From Camelus ferus (lineage: Eukaryota): a DNA stretch of 64,000 bases. Position 1 is the stretch's first letter. Every line of letters begins with the position of its first letter. The DNA lies in assembly GCF_009834535.1 (NCBI RefSeq), contig NC_045696.1:94552001-94616000 (forward strand). The letters run 5' to 3'. Shown here one piece after another: positions 25,316 to 38,411 of the stretch. Under the pieces are notes generated by a model. That model was given only the letters and a program-made list of their open reading frames with translations, made no database searches and had not been told where the DNA came from. The translations under genes and the position numbers were made by a program.

Positions 25316-26647
25316 AGAAGAATTCATAATATTCAGAGTCAATGCCCCAAAAAACAAATACACAATATAAAATTAAAGGACATTAATACAAAGGACATTC
25401 ACAGATGTCTGTAGCTGTTACTTACTGTGCTATGGGACTAAAACACTTACAAGAACTTAGCATCTTTCTTTAGGAGAGTGAATCCTATGCAGAAGAAACA
25501 TGTAGAAAAGCAGGGGAAAAATACCTCTTTATTAATGTGTTCCAGGAAACAGCCTATCCACACCAATAGAAAAGCAGCAGTGGCGGGGGAGGGGTGAACT
25601 GATTATTCACCCTGGGGAGGTACAGCAGTTCTTTGAGAACAGTTGAGGGGTTTTTTTTTGTTTTGTTTTTTTAATTAATGTATTCAGTGCGCTAATGCAA
25701 ATACACTTTTCAATCCAAAGGTTAAGTCACCAAAAAACAAAAATGAGGGTAGTAATTTGACTTTAACCCTTATGATGATGAAGGACAAGTGAGTTTAAGG
25801 CAGCTCTATGAGAATCAACAAAATATGAAACCATCCCCAAAACAAATAATGCATAACTGTTTATGGCAGTCCTCTCCATTTTTATTCCTGTGTTGGGAAA
25901 GGTTCTGGTTATATCACATAATAAAAATAAATCAGACAAACATGATCGTATTAAAGTGAGGGCATGAGCTCATCAGTCAAAAATGCACTATCGTTGTTTT
26001 CCAACTGGCTCCACACCTGGAAGCAAACTTAGTCACCGTCCTCATCTCATCATCACTGCCAGAAGTTTTGAGAAACTGCCTAAGACAGGAGCCACGGGAC
26101 TTCAAAAGCCCAGATTCAAACTGATAAATAGCTGAACTCTACTATTTGCTAAAGGGTTCAGCATTATTTAGATCCTTTTAAGTTGGGGAAACTGCTTAAG
26201 ATTCACTGTGATTGAATCTTACCCCTTCCAAAATATTGCTGAGTGCACTAAGCAAACCAATTCCTAGGGATTTCCCACATGTGATGACTGCCAGTGCCTC
26301 TATTAAGCTCCTCCTGCCTCACCAGCCTGGAGATCAAGTGAGGTCATGTAACAAAAACTCCCTCCTGACAAAAGATTCTCTTCAGGATTTCAGGTAGTCC
26401 TCAGGACACCCCTCCAAGTGTCCCCAGACAGATCAGCTCGTGTGCTTCCAATGCAGCCTCTATGTGAGGCCTGGCACCCATGAAGCCATTTGGGGGATGC
26501 TGGTCACCACAGCCCAGGCCCTACGTGAGATGCCAAAGGCACGTGCCCTCCTTTGAGCCTCTGACCTCAGAGGTGCATAGTTCCTTCCTTGCTCACCCAG
26601 GAGATCTCTTTTCTGCCTCAGTCTATGTTGAAGGTGAATATGTTATT

Positions 26648-26900
26648 TTCTTTTTTTTTTTTTTTGCAATTTTTGTTTATTTATAGAAGTAAAATTGATT
26701 TACAGTGTTTCAGGTATGTAGCAAAATGGTTCAGTTATACATTTATATATATTCTTTTTCAGATTCTTTTCCATTATAAATTATTACAAGATATTGGAAG
26801 TAGTTCCCTGTGCTATACAGTAAGCCCTTGTTGTTTATCTATTTTATATATAGCAGTGTGCATCTCTTAATCCCAAATTCCTAATTTTTTCCTCATCCCC
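26648..26900 (-). mobile_element. L1 3' end (older artiodactyl-type)
   Basis: T-run, then TTACAAGATATTGGAAGTAGTTCCCTGTGCTATACAGTAAGCCCTTGTTGTTTATC. Confidence 0.85.
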
Positions 26901-28634
26901 TAGAATTTACTTTCCTAGCTTGACCAGTTGCAAGAGTGAAAGGAGGCTGTAATTAATAGTTATTGAAAGACAGAAGAATAAACTTCACCTATCCACAGGC
27001 AAACCAGGACTCACAGTCAGCGACGTGACTGCTTTCCCACCCGGGGCGCGCAGGCCGTGGGCCTGGCTCCTGGCCCCTCACCAGTGCCTGAGCTAACACA
27101 GCTCTTTCAGCTCCCTCCTTTCCTCCACAGGCCTTGGGCTTAGTCTCTAGGGGTGGGAGGTGGGGGGAGGGCCAGGGAGGAGATGCCCTGTCGTCCTTTC
27201 CATTGTCCCCGAGTCTCACTCCAGCTGCCCACACACCAGCCTCCACTTCCTCCCTCCCCCAAGACACACCCACACTAAGATGTCCAAAATAAATCCAAAA
27301 ATAAGACACCACTGGGTGGCAAGCCCAGTCTAAGCTCAGTAAGCAACACATTGACCCAATGGAAAACAAAAAAAGGCAGAGAGGATAACCTTTCCTCCAC
27401 CAAGGCCAATTAATAAGTTTGCCTATTGTGAATGTATAGAAAGATCTCTGAATTACAGCCCATCTCTTTGTCATTAAATATTCCTCATTGCATCTGCCCT
27501 GTAGCTGGAAAATTTTACAACAAAGCAAAGTTGGTGAAATAATATCTATATGGCATTATTGAGCCAGGGTAAAGGGAGTTACACTAATGGTAATAATAAT
27601 ATAATAATGTTGTCTTCAAAAGAGAAGCTGAGATCAGAAATAACAATTTCCTACCAGGAAAGCATCTGTGAAACTTCTTTAATAATGATTATTTAAAATG
27701 AATATATCAAACCCATTTATTAACATTTATTGACTGTGGGTAACCCATAAAAAATTAATGATCACAGTCTAAGAGTTAAGTGTGTATATTCCACAAGAGA
27801 TTCCCACGTCTTTCAATAGAGTTTTTAATAATAGCCTATGTAACAGTTTTCTGAAGCAGAAAGCTTTAGGGACAGATTACGACCCATTTGTAAGCACAGC
27901 GTATATAGAAAATAGTTGTAGTGGAGACCTTAACAAAGATATTACTTTGCTTTCATTTTGCATTCAAAATAAGACCATGACATTTGGTTAATTAAATAAA
28001 CAGACTACTCACTTTAGGTTTGTTTCATTAATCTAGATTGTCCCTAAGGAACAGAGAAAATGACATTAAGCAAATAAAAAGCACAGGATCTTTGCACATG
28101 TTGGTTGCTCAATGAACGTGGTTTGATTTGATAACTTTGAAGTGTCCCCTCAACCAGACAGGCAATGTCACATCTCTTGAGATAGGATCCTGATTTTAGG
28201 CTCAAAAACTAAGGGCATCATTTCTGAGAGTGGAAGAGGCGTGCAATTTCTCTGGCTGCTTTTCTAGGCTCAACGAGAAGCTTCACAGGGATGGAGCCCA
28301 GCCCTGAAGTGGGGGAGAGAAGGGGCAAATGATAACATGAAGTCTGTGAATAATGGAACAGTTCAGTTTGAATCCAGATCCGGACAGCATGCTGCAAAAC
28401 TGGAGTTCTTAATAGGAGCTCCCATGAGGTCACTGGAAGGGCAGTGTTATCAGGCAGGATACATCAGACCCCCGCCAAAGGAGTCTCTCCTCCTCTTCAT
28501 AACTTCCCTGACTTTCTCAATGCCTGAAATTCCACCCTTAAAGCGTCACTGTTTTAGGTCATGAAGTCTTTTTGGTCTTCTAGAATTTCCCATCAAAATG
28601 AAAATTGCCCCTGGGAAGATTAGATATTTAATCC

Positions 28635-28801
28635 AGTATTTCCAGAAATATAGAATTACAGCCTCTCAAAATTCTTCATGAGGGGAAAAAAAGAAAGCTC
28701 TATGATCAAAGAAATTTGGTAACTGCTCCATACTTTGTTAACTCTTTAACCTTCACAATGCCAAAAAAAGTATTAAATAAAGGCTTTGATAGTGCAGATA
28801 A

Positions 28802-28834
<33 letters not shown>

Positions 28835-28950
28835 ATTGTTTTATCCCATATTTGCAAAATTACTTTAACTAGAAAATAATTCAAATATTTTCTGGCATCC
28901 AGATTACTGTACTATCAACTCACAGTGAATCAGCAGGGTCTGGAAACACG
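28635..28950 (-). mobile_element. MER103C-like remnant with (TA)n at 28802-28833
   Basis: CTATGATCAAAGAAATTTGGTAACTGCT...AATAAAGGCTTTGA resembles the antisense of 5797-6081. Confidence 0.45.
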
Positions 28951-29710
28951 GACAATGTCATCAGCAGTTAGGGAGCCAGGAATAGTTACTGGGTGACTGG
29001 ACCCATTGTCACTGCAGGTATCCACTGGATATTATTGAATAATATCAACAGTGTCAGTATTTTTCTAAATTTTTTACCACCATTGAAAAGCATGTATCAT
29101 GGTGCATACATTTAAGAATTTGTCATATCCATTATTAGAGAAATAAGATAAGCCCCATGTAAAAGCTGAAGAAGGAAATCCTTGACTGACTAATGATTAG
29201 GTTCTACAGTATGCTTTTGAATTTGGGGAAAGAAGTGGAATTAAGCTAAACTTTGAGGTTTGGGTGGCATTTGAATGGGCCAAGGAAGGAGGGTGGAGGG
29301 CAGGGGGAACAATGAAAGCAAAGGAGGGGTGGTGGGCACCAGGATCCACTGCCAGAACAAACCATTCCTGAAGCTGGAAGAAAAACTAGAGCCACTACAT
29401 TCAGTCAGTAACTGCATTCTGCAGCCCAGCATGGGGCTCACCATAGACCTGCTTCCACGGAGTCCTTCTCAATAGGAGATGCCTCGGGCAAGAGCTGCTG
29501 CCAAAAAGCACAGCTAGGACCCACTGACAGCAACCTGGAACCACCAGACAAGCCAACAGAAAAACTGCCTCTGACCAGCCACCGCCAAAAGGAACTATCA
29601 CTTCAGGAAGCAGCAAATAAACAGGCTGAAGTTGCCTTATTACTCAAGAGTTCCAGCCTTCTCATGATCTCTTGGCAACACCCAAAATACATTCTGGTTT
29701 TGAACAGAGT

Positions 29711-30168
29711 TGTGGTTGTGAAAATGCCCTGCTCAGATCTCGTGCTGCCGGGAAACAGGATTGCCTGGTGTCCGGATGCCACCCCTCTGGATCCGCAGCA
29801 CATCTGATCTCAGGCTACAGTTCCCGTGAGTGCTGCGAGCCAGTGACTGAGCATGCGGAGGGTTTGGGAAGCCCATTCCTGGGATGCAGGACTGTTCTGA
29901 TGGCCAGTTTGGGTGCAAGATTTCCCACTGACCTGAACATTTCTTGGAACTGTGCTGAAGCCTGGGACTCTTCCTGTCCACCCTTCCTTCCTTCTCTGTC
30001 TCCTTCATAGGAGTCAGCCCAGCATTGTGATCGGAAGGCTCTCCTGGCCGTCTTCAGATGCTTCTCTTTATCCCTCCCCTTATTCTTCTCAGGCATTTCC
30101 CCTGATACATTTCCTGCACATCTAATCTCAGCTTGGTGTCTGCTTCTTAGGGGACCCCAACTAACACA
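29711..30168 (+). mobile_element. LTR16-family (ERVL) solo LTR
   Basis: TG...CA termini; 3' end TTCCTGCACATCTAATCTCAGCTTGGTGTCTGCTTCTTAGGGGACCCCAACTAACACA is typical of LTR16. Confidence 0.75.
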
Positions 30169-30553
30169 GATACCCAGCTCTGACACAGGCCACTCTGAGG
30201 TTTCACTCTCTTGGAGTTTAGATGAAGTCTTTCTGTCTCACAAGTGTCCTGACCCTTTGCAATCACATAAAGAAGGAAAGGCTCTCCATCTCCCGTTGCC
30301 ACCTTTCCCCGACAGTGACCGCCAGGCCCACATCTGCCCTTCTTCCTGAAAGAGGTTCGATTTGCAAAGGATCTTGTGATTTTATAATAGCAAAGAAAAG
30401 TTAATCAGCACTGGGAAATTGATCACTGAATAAAATGAAAGAGAATATACTGCAAAATAGAAGAACTTGTCTAAAATTATCTCTTGAAGAGCCTAAAAGA
30501 AGGCAGTACTAATTTTTCAGTCAGCAAATAGTTACTGTTTTTTTCATACTTAG

Positions 30554-30982
30554 TGTATTAATTAGATTCCGAGGGCTGCATGATAGAGTACCACAAACCG
30601 AGTGGCTTTGACCAGCAGAAATTTATTCTCTCAAACAGTTTTGGAGGCTGGACGTCTGATATCAAGGGGTCTCTCAGGGCCATTCTCTCTATGAAGGCTC
30701 TTGGGGAGAATCTCTTCTGTTTTTTTTTCTTAGCTGCCGGTGTTGCCAATAATCCTTGGTATTTCTTGGCTTATCATGCATGAGTCCAGTCCCTGCCTGG
30801 GTAGGCACATGGTTTTCTCCTTAGATGTCTTTATGTCTCCCTCCCTTATAAGGACACCAGTCGTAATGGATTAGGGCCCACCCTTGTGACCTCAACTTCA
30901 CTTAAGTACATCTGCAAAGACATTATTTCAAAATAAGGTCACAGGTACCTATCTTCAGGGGAGATACAATTCAACCTGAACA
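30554..30982 (-). mobile_element. MLT1 (B/C/D-type) solo LTR
   Basis: TACCACAAACCGAGTGGCTT...AGAAATTTATTCTC...CTTATAAGGACACCAGTC...GGATTAGGGCCCACCC...ACAATTCAACC. Confidence 0.85.
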
Positions 30983-31629
30983 CCTGGGTGGGGGCATGTT
31001 TCTTTGAATGTAAAAATGGAAAACTGCATAATTAAATAAAATTTCTCAGTTGCTTGGGAGATAAGGAAACAAACAGTTCTACTTTGAGCTAGTGATTTGT
31101 GCTGCCAGTCGCACTGTGTCCTTACAGTATGTCTGATGTGTCCACATCCTCCACATCTTCAGATGCAGCTAGCAGCTGGCGCTTTGGGTCACTGCTGAAT
31201 ACTGCTAGACGGGAAATGAAACCAGTATGGGTCTTCTAAACATTGGCCTGTGGATGATATGAATTGATGGGCATGTTTATTACAATTAGTAAAAGCACTG
31301 CTGGTGTGAAGTAGTGACCTTTCTGGCTGAAATTAATTGAGTCCTTTCAACGACACTACTTGTACATGAATACACTTTCCTAATTCAGAGAAAAAAGATC
31401 TTAAAAATCACCAAATCAGCTGAAAAGGATTTCATGAAGCACTTTCTAGATAATAAATCACAGCACAGTTAGCCCTCACATATATATGACTAAGCATTTT
31501 GAGCAGCTTCCAAATTCCTGCCCATCCCATCTGCCACTGGGAAGTGAGTGCAGTAGGACAGGAAATTTAGCAAACAGTGTGGATGGGCTATTCAAAAATC
31601 ATTCACAAATACCATTCTCCCTATTACAG

Positions 31630-31880
31630 AGGCTGTTAAAACCAAGAACTTGAACTCCTAGCTTTTTTCATGACTAGAGGTGGCTATGTGGTACACTTCT
31701 CACCAGTAATATGTAGGAAGAGTCACTGGGGAGGGCATCCACTCTCATTAAAAAAGATGGCCTCTTTAGGAAGAGTGTTCTTGCCAATTTGTCAATCTCC
31801 CATCTTCCTGCCAGGAATGTATATGTGATGTCTGGAGATGCAGCAGCCATCTTACGACCATGAGCTCAAAAGTTTCCACA
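31630..31880 (+). mobile_element. Old MLT1 (J/K-type) LTR fragment
   Basis: CTTCCTGCCAGGAATGTATATGTGATGTCTGGAGATGCAGCAGCCATCTTACGACCATGAG. Confidence 0.65.
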
Positions 31881-31981
31881 GAAATAGGAGAACAAGACCA
31901 TTGAAAGCAGAATAAAAAGCATCAAACTTGGATTTTAATACTGGATTGTGCAATGATTGAAATTGAACTTAGCTTCTATGA

Positions 31982-32201
31982 CAGTGATTATCAACAGGGG
32001 GGCAATTTTGCCTTCCAGGTCACATTTGGCAGTGTCTGGAAACATTTTTGGTTGTCACAACTGTGTGAAAGGGAAGCTACTGGCATCAAGTGGAATAGAA
32101 ACCAGGATGCTGCTAAACATTCTCCAATGCACAAGACAGCCTCTAGTAACAAAGAATTATTGAGGCCAAAATGTCAGTGGTGCTGAGATTAAGAAGCTCT
32201 A
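31982..32201 (+). mobile_element. MER20 hAT-Charlie MITE
   Basis: GGGGGCAATTTTGCC...ACATTTGGCAGTGTCTGGAAACATTTTTGGTTGTCACAACTG...CCAGGATGCTGCTAAACAT. Confidence 0.9.
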
Positions 32202-32908
32202 GTCTGTAGGTCTCAATTTCTTTAATGTTATTAATGTTAATAAGGGAATTTTTAAAGGATGACATCCGTGTTTCCTTAAAAAATAGAAGTTAGTTTGAAT
32301 ATTCCTGACAAGAGAACACTTGAATTACAGCATACCCACATGCCAGCAATTTAAGATATCTTTTAAAATAATTGTTATGAGACTAAGTAACAACAGCAAA
32401 AGATGAATATGTATTAAGTGAAAAAAAATCAATATAAAAGTGTAGGCATTGAATGACTACTACTATTTTAAAAAGGAAAGTGAATATAAGTTATATAAGA
32501 AAGTGATGATAATAATTGTATTGAGAATTTTTTGTGACTTTGCTCCTGTCTATTTTGCAAAGGTTATTTAATGCGATTATGCTATGTTTATAATTTGGAA
32601 AATAATTTTTAAGGTAATTAACAGGAAGATTAAAATACTCAGTGTTTACTTCTTTGACATTTGTTAAGTTTCTTCTTTACAAAAGCAATATACAGGCTAA
32701 TGAAATCGTTTATGCTACTGGATACCATTTTTACTGATTCATCATGTCTCAGCAACATTCTTTTCTAGTTCTTTATGGCTCCCTAAAGATAGAATTCTTG
32801 TAATTCAACTCCTAAGACCATTCCTCTCTAAGGTTTTTTGAAAACATCAGAACTACCTGCAACACTGAAGTGACTAGGTGAAAATCTGTCACTGTAAAAG
32901 TTTACCTT

Positions 32909-33380
32909 TGTTTTAGATTCCTGTGGCTGCTGTAACCAATCGCCACAACTGGATGGCTTAAAACAGCAGAAATGTATTATCTTACAGTTCTGGAGGACAG
33001 ATGTCCAAAGCCAACATCACTGGACAAAAATCAAAGTGTCAGCAGGGCTGCACTTCCTCTGGGGGCTCTGGGGGAATTCCTTGCCTCTTGCAGCTGCTGG
33101 TGGCTATAGGCACTCTTTGGCTTGTGGCCTCTTCACTCCAGTCTGTGCCTCTGTCTTCATATGTCCTCCTCTGTGTAATTTTCAAGCCCCCTTCATGTCT
33201 CTTTTATAAGGAGCCATGGGGTCACACTGAGGGACCACGCAGATAACCCAGGATAATCTGCCCATCTCAAAATTCTTAATACAATCTCATGTGCAAAGAC
33301 ACTTTTCGCAAATAAGGTAAATAAAAAGTTCCAGAGATTAGGATCTGGTATCTTTGGGAGCCAGTATTCAATTTACTAGA
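32909..33380 (-). mobile_element. MLT1C/D-type solo LTR
   Basis: GGCTGCTGTAACC...GGCTTAAAACAGCAGAAATG...CAGTTCTGGAGG...ATAACCCAGGATAATCTGCCCATCTCAA. Confidence 0.85.
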
Positions 33381-34524
33381 CTGTTACATAAAGAAAATAC
33401 CAATTTAATTACTAATCTCATTGATAATTGGAGTTTCCATTCATACTTAGCTAGAAATTAAAATCTGGCAAGATCATCCAGTATCTTAATCCTAGGAAGG
33501 CAGAGTGAGAGTGAAGGACCTATTATCCTACTAAATGCAAGAAGCATGAAGTGAGAAATTTGAGGGAAACTAATTTTTTTTTTTAACACATCAATAGAAA
33601 GTGTTTTTTAAATTGTGAATTGACTACTAAAATTTGTTTTACCTGTATCAACATTTGAATAATGGCCCCTTATATCTAGAAATAGAAAGCTTAATACTGT
33701 TTTACCACATTTCAACAAGTATGAAGTGCCCTGAAAACTAATTTGAGTTTTAACCTTAACAGCACAGTTCAGTAAACACAGACTGAAATGACTAAAAAGG
33801 CAAGGACTGTACTTATTTTGCTTGAGTTGACTAAGAAGCTGAAAAGATCTTAATTACCTTTCCAATTAAAAGATATTTTAGCAAAATTATGAGAGTACAC
33901 AAATAAAGCCCTAGAGCTTTCATTTCTTCTCCCGATTTGGTTAGTTTAATTCTTCAGATTTAATTTCAGAATAACCCCAACGAAGGTTTAAATTTGGGGG
34001 TACTTAAATGTGATAGCTGTTTTTCCATTTCTGTTTTCGGCCAGGAATATTTCTAAATCTAAGTATTAATTTTCATAATACTTGGGATATGTTTGCTCTT
34101 GAAATTTAAGAGCCTTTAATGCTATTCATCTAGTTACAATTACAGACTTCCCCTGGTATCCAAACTTTCCTAAGCTTAGTGGGGGTAAAGTGATGAAGCA
34201 ATTACCTTAGGACATGTCTTGCTAATAGATGCACAGAGTAAATCAAGATAAAGCAGAGACACCCACAGACACCGTTCAAAGCTATGGTGGCTTCCTGCTG
34301 AGATGGCCTCTCACTGCTGCTTGGCTCAAGGTGCGCGCTGCCACTGGTAAGGGCTGCTGCAGAGCAAAGGCTGAGTGCTATTTTCACTTTTTTCCTTTTT
34401 TTGTAAAAGAGAAAAGCCTCTTTGGATTTTTTTTTTCTCTTAGCAAAAACAGGTACTAATGTAGGTGTTTTGTAAAAGCAAAGAAAAATCAAAGAATACT
34501 TGTAATCAGTAAAACCTACTCAAT

Positions 34525-34612
34525 CCCTTATCAGAGACAGGATTTGCAAATATTTTCTCCCATTACATGGGCTGCCTTTTCACTCTGTTGCTAGTGTCCT
34601 TTGATGCATAAA
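34525..34612 (-). mobile_element. Short L1 ORF2 internal fragment
   Basis: CCCTTATCAGA...TTTGCAAATATTTTCTCCCAT...GCCTTTTCACTCTGTTG...TCCTTTGATGCA, antisense L1 ORF2. Confidence 0.75.
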
Positions 34613-34619
34613 AATAACA

Positions 34620-34778
34620 TGACACTATTTTAAGCCCAACTCATTTGATCTTTATATTCACACTCTTGATGAGGTAGGAACTTTTATTATCATCCCCATT
34701 TTACAGGTGAGGATAGTGAGACACAGGGTTTAAATAATGTGGCCATATCCCATGGTAATGACTGAGCTTAGAGTTAGG
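34620..34778 (-). mobile_element. MIR remnant
   Basis: ATGAGGTAGGAACTTTTATTATCATCCCCATTTTACAGGTGAGGA. Confidence 0.8.
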
Positions 34779-34780
34779 TC

Positions 34781-35394
34781 TGTTACGGACTGATTATGTC
34801 CCCCCACAAATTCGTATGTTGAAACTTTAGCCTTCAATATAATGGTATTAGGAAGTGGAACCTTTGGGAACTAATTAGGATTAGATAAGATGAGGGTGGA
34901 GTGGGATTAAAGGCTTTACAAGAGTCATGAGAGAGCTCACATCTTCTCTCTGCTCTCCTCGTGTGAGGATATGATGAGAATTTGGCCATCTGTAACCAGG
35001 AAGAGCCTCTCACTAGAACCCCCAGTGCCTGTGAATGTGACCTTATTTGAAGATAGAGTCTTTGCAAATGATCCAGTGAAGATGGGATCATTTGGGCAGG
35101 TCCTAATCCAATATGACTGTGTCCTAATAAAAGGGCAAAATTTGGACCTGAACACAGACATGAATAGAGGGAAGACTGTGTGAATACCCATCTCCATCCA
35201 AAGAACGCGTGAGCCACCAGAAGCTAGGAGAGAGGAATATAACAGAGTCTCCCCTAAAGTCCTCAGAAGGAACCAGCCCTGCTGAGACCCTGATTTCAGG
35301 CTTCTATTCTTGTCAACTGCAAGACAATAAATTTCTGCTGTTTAAGCCACCTAGTTTGTGGTACTTCGTAATGGCAGCCCCAGGAAATGAAACA
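34781..35394 (+). mobile_element. Composite MLT1 LTR (MLT1A0-like 5' part joined to MLT1B/C-like remainder)
   Basis: Starts TGTTACGGACTGA..., ends ...GGCAGCCCCAGGAAATGAAACA; the LTR 5'-proximal motif AACCCCCAGTGCCTGTGAATGTGACCTTATTTG restarts at ~35017. Confidence 0.8.
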
Positions 35395-36962
35395 CTTTCC
35401 AAAAACTTGGAGGCAAGTATTTTGTGAACAGTTTCTCAAAGTCACCACTCTTGTCCTAATTTTCCTTCTGAGTTCTAGGCATACAATATAAACAGCATCT
35501 CATGACTACCCAACGATGATCCTGACTTTCCAGAATATTACTCTTCTCCCATCTCCCTTCTTTCCCACCTTTGGCCGCCAACTTGCAACCTTGGTAAATG
35601 AGGTGTCTGTGGCCCCAGCCACTCTGGCTAAAAACCACAAAGTCACCTTTGAGTCCTCATTTTCCGCCTCCTAGAAGCTGTCTCCATTTCTGTAACGCAA
35701 GAATCACGTGTGGTCCGTTAGTTCAGGAGACCGGTATCAGATCCCCCGACTTGGCAGCGGTTGTATCCCACTCTCCGAGCCCTGTCTGCAGACTCAGCTC
35801 TACCTGTTAGTCCGAAGGACTGGTGGCGCTTTAGCCGAAACGCTGGGATGCAGACTCAAGGGATCTTTGCCGTTCTCGCAATAGTATTGTGACCCAGAAT
35901 CTGGGCACTGGCTGTTTTGGTTTTGGATTTTTTTTTCCCCCATATTTCAATAACCAAAAGTTTTGTGCAGCATCTTAATACACTTAAAACTGGCTTTCTA
36001 CCTAAACCCCAGCCCAGAGGCTAGAGTTCTGGTAACTGCTCACATATGTCTAAGAGATCTAAGAGATCTAAGATTCCAACTCTTGCTCAGATCTGCATCA
36101 GACCCATCATGGCAACTCAACCACCAGCTAGGACCCCACTGTTAGGCCACATCGGAGATTCAGACTCAGCTTCTTTGTCTAATTTAGTGCCACTGTCCAT
36201 TTTCTTTTTTAATTAGCTCCAGTGTATTTAACAATTTGTAGTTCAAAGAGCTCACTTAATCTATTTTCTTATTTAATCCTAACAGCCTTTTAAAAAATCC
36301 AGAATTCTGAGAAGTGAAATAACTCACACGAGCTCGTGTAGTTAGCATTTGTTGCATCAACGCTCAGCTTTCCACCTCCTGGCTCTGAGTGCCACCATGC
36401 TCTCTGCTCTGCGAGACATTGCAGGCTCCCACGTTTCTGGAATCTATTGATCAGACAACTTTTCAGCCTGTGTCAGCTCCATGGGGGCGTCCAGTTCCAG
36501 GTCCCTATCTCTCCTCATCTGCCCTCCCCTGCCATAGACGACTGACCCGTGTTCTATTATACCCAAAGATTTGACAGATGACTGCTTTTGAAGTGACCTA
36601 AGACTAATGACCCCTCCCCCTTCTCAAAAAGCTGAAAACGATTTAAGAGATTGCAGAACAGCATAGCCCCAGAAACAGGTATGCAAGCTGCAAAGTGTAA
36701 GGTAAACACAATCTTCCTATGTAGAAGGCATATTTTCAGAGAAGGTTTTAAAGATGATATAATGAGATTCCATGCAGTGCCAGGGTGAGCTGCAATCGTG
36801 AGAGGAGAGGGCACAAATGCTGACTCCTGAGTAAGTGACCACCTAGGATGAATTTCTGTCTTCAGTGTTTTGTCTACTTTTCCATTTCAAGATGATGAAT
36901 GTTAATCTTTTATTAATCCTCTCTTTCTTACTTAATACCAACAGGGAGCATGCTATTACAGT

Positions 36963-37115
36963 TGTTAAGGAAAAGAAAGCCAGGAAGTATATGAAATTCT
37001 CTATATTTTTAGATACTGGGGAGTCTATAGGTTTTGTTTTTTAATAATACTCCTTATATATTCACTTTTTAAACAAATTATGACTGAAAATGAGTGTGTC
37101 ACTTTTCAATTTCCT
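36963..37115 (+). repeat. Diverged local duplication, copy 1 (copy 2 at 38280-38411)
   Basis: Shared collinear blocks TGTTAAGGAAAAGAAAG, CCAGGAARTATATGAAATT, ATAATACTCCTTATWTATTCACTTTTTAAACAAAT and TGAAAATGAGTGTGTCACTT. Confidence 0.9.
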
Positions 37116-37169
37116 GCCCTGCCCTGTGAGATGCTGGAGGTGGCGGGGGGTGGGTGGGAAGGCACAGAG

Positions 37170-37400
37170 GGGAAGATCATGGGCTCTGGAGCAGGACTGC
37201 TTTCCACACGGTGGGAATCTTGCCCCCACCCCCCATCATTAGCAGTGACCTTGAGCAAGTTACTTAACCTCTCTTATTTTCCTCACTATAAAATGGAGCT
37301 ATTAATAGTACGCTTGCTGCAGCGTTGTTGGGAAGATTAAATAATTCATGTAAGTAAAGTGTCTAGGACAGCACTTTGCCTATAGGACGGGCTATTTAAC
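37170..37400 (+). mobile_element. MIR
   Basis: GTGACCTTGAGCAAGTTACTTAACCTCTC...TATAAAATGGAG...GTTGTTGGGAAGATTAAAT. Confidence 0.85.
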
Positions 37401-38279
37401 CATTCGCTGTCTCTGTGCAGAGGAATGAGGAAGTGGCAGTCCCAGGTCCCTGGAGGAATCATTACTGCAGGGTGGTCGGAGGAGAGTTAAAAATGAAGAC
37501 TCCGGAAAGCTCACGCTATTAGTTGCCATGGAATGTCTCCCTCCTCCCTCCTGTTATACAACACATGTAAATAATTAGTTTTTATAAGAGACCAGCCTTT
37601 CAACCTATTAAATAGGTATGACCCTCAGTGTTAGTTAGAAGATGCCAGCCACCTGACTTAGATACAGAGTGAACAAATACTGTTGTAGGAAGAGTAGTCG
37701 GTCATTAAGAAGAAAAACTTGGCAGCAGGTGTAGGATCAGAGCAGCTTGCCAAACACAATTTCTTGAAAAAGACAAGATGAAGGCCCATTATTATTTGTC
37801 TCCTGTGGTCCACTTATAATGGTTAACGAATTAAAGGTCTGTGATGAGCTATGTCTTCCTGGGTTTTCTCTGTATACTCTTAAAACTTACAATCTGAGTC
37901 AACTGGCACAGAAAGTCAAGAAAATGATTAATCAAAACAACAGCATCATTGTACCACATCTTGTGCTTCTGAGTTACTTTTTTACAATGAAAAAACAGTG
38001 CTTCCTATGACAGTGTCAGGTTATACAGACTCCTTAATATAATGTATACAGAATTATTCTTATCTTATCTACTCACTTATCAATTTTTATAAAAACTGAG
38101 CCTTCAATCAGAAACATTTTAACAAATGGTATTATATTATTTCTTTAGATTACAATGTAACTTAAAAATTTAAAAATTAAAATACAAACACTATTTAGAG
38201 ATATAAACTAATGCTATATAAATAAAAATAAAGCTGACACAATTATATCAATTACCATGTAAAAATTATATAGGTACAC

Positions 38280-38411
38280 TGTTAAGGAAAAGAAAGAGCC
38301 AGGAAATATATGAAATTAAATTTTTTGGTATAGTTTTAAATTATTATAATACTCCTTATTTATTCACTTTTTAAACAAATTGAAAATGAGTGTGTCACTT
38401 CTCAAAGTCCT
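38280..38411 (+). repeat. Diverged local duplication, copy 2
   Basis: Collinear with 36963-37115; offset about 1.3 kb. Confidence 0.9.

Noticed and set aside
31169..31182. Additional CTCF-like words (CTAGCAGCTGGCGC here; also near 35820 and 47202-47215)
   Set aside because: Two or more mismatches at informative core positions; expected by chance in 64 kb
36048..36075. Short tandem (TCTAAGAGA) x ~3
   Set aside because: Ordinary slippage repeat with no further structure
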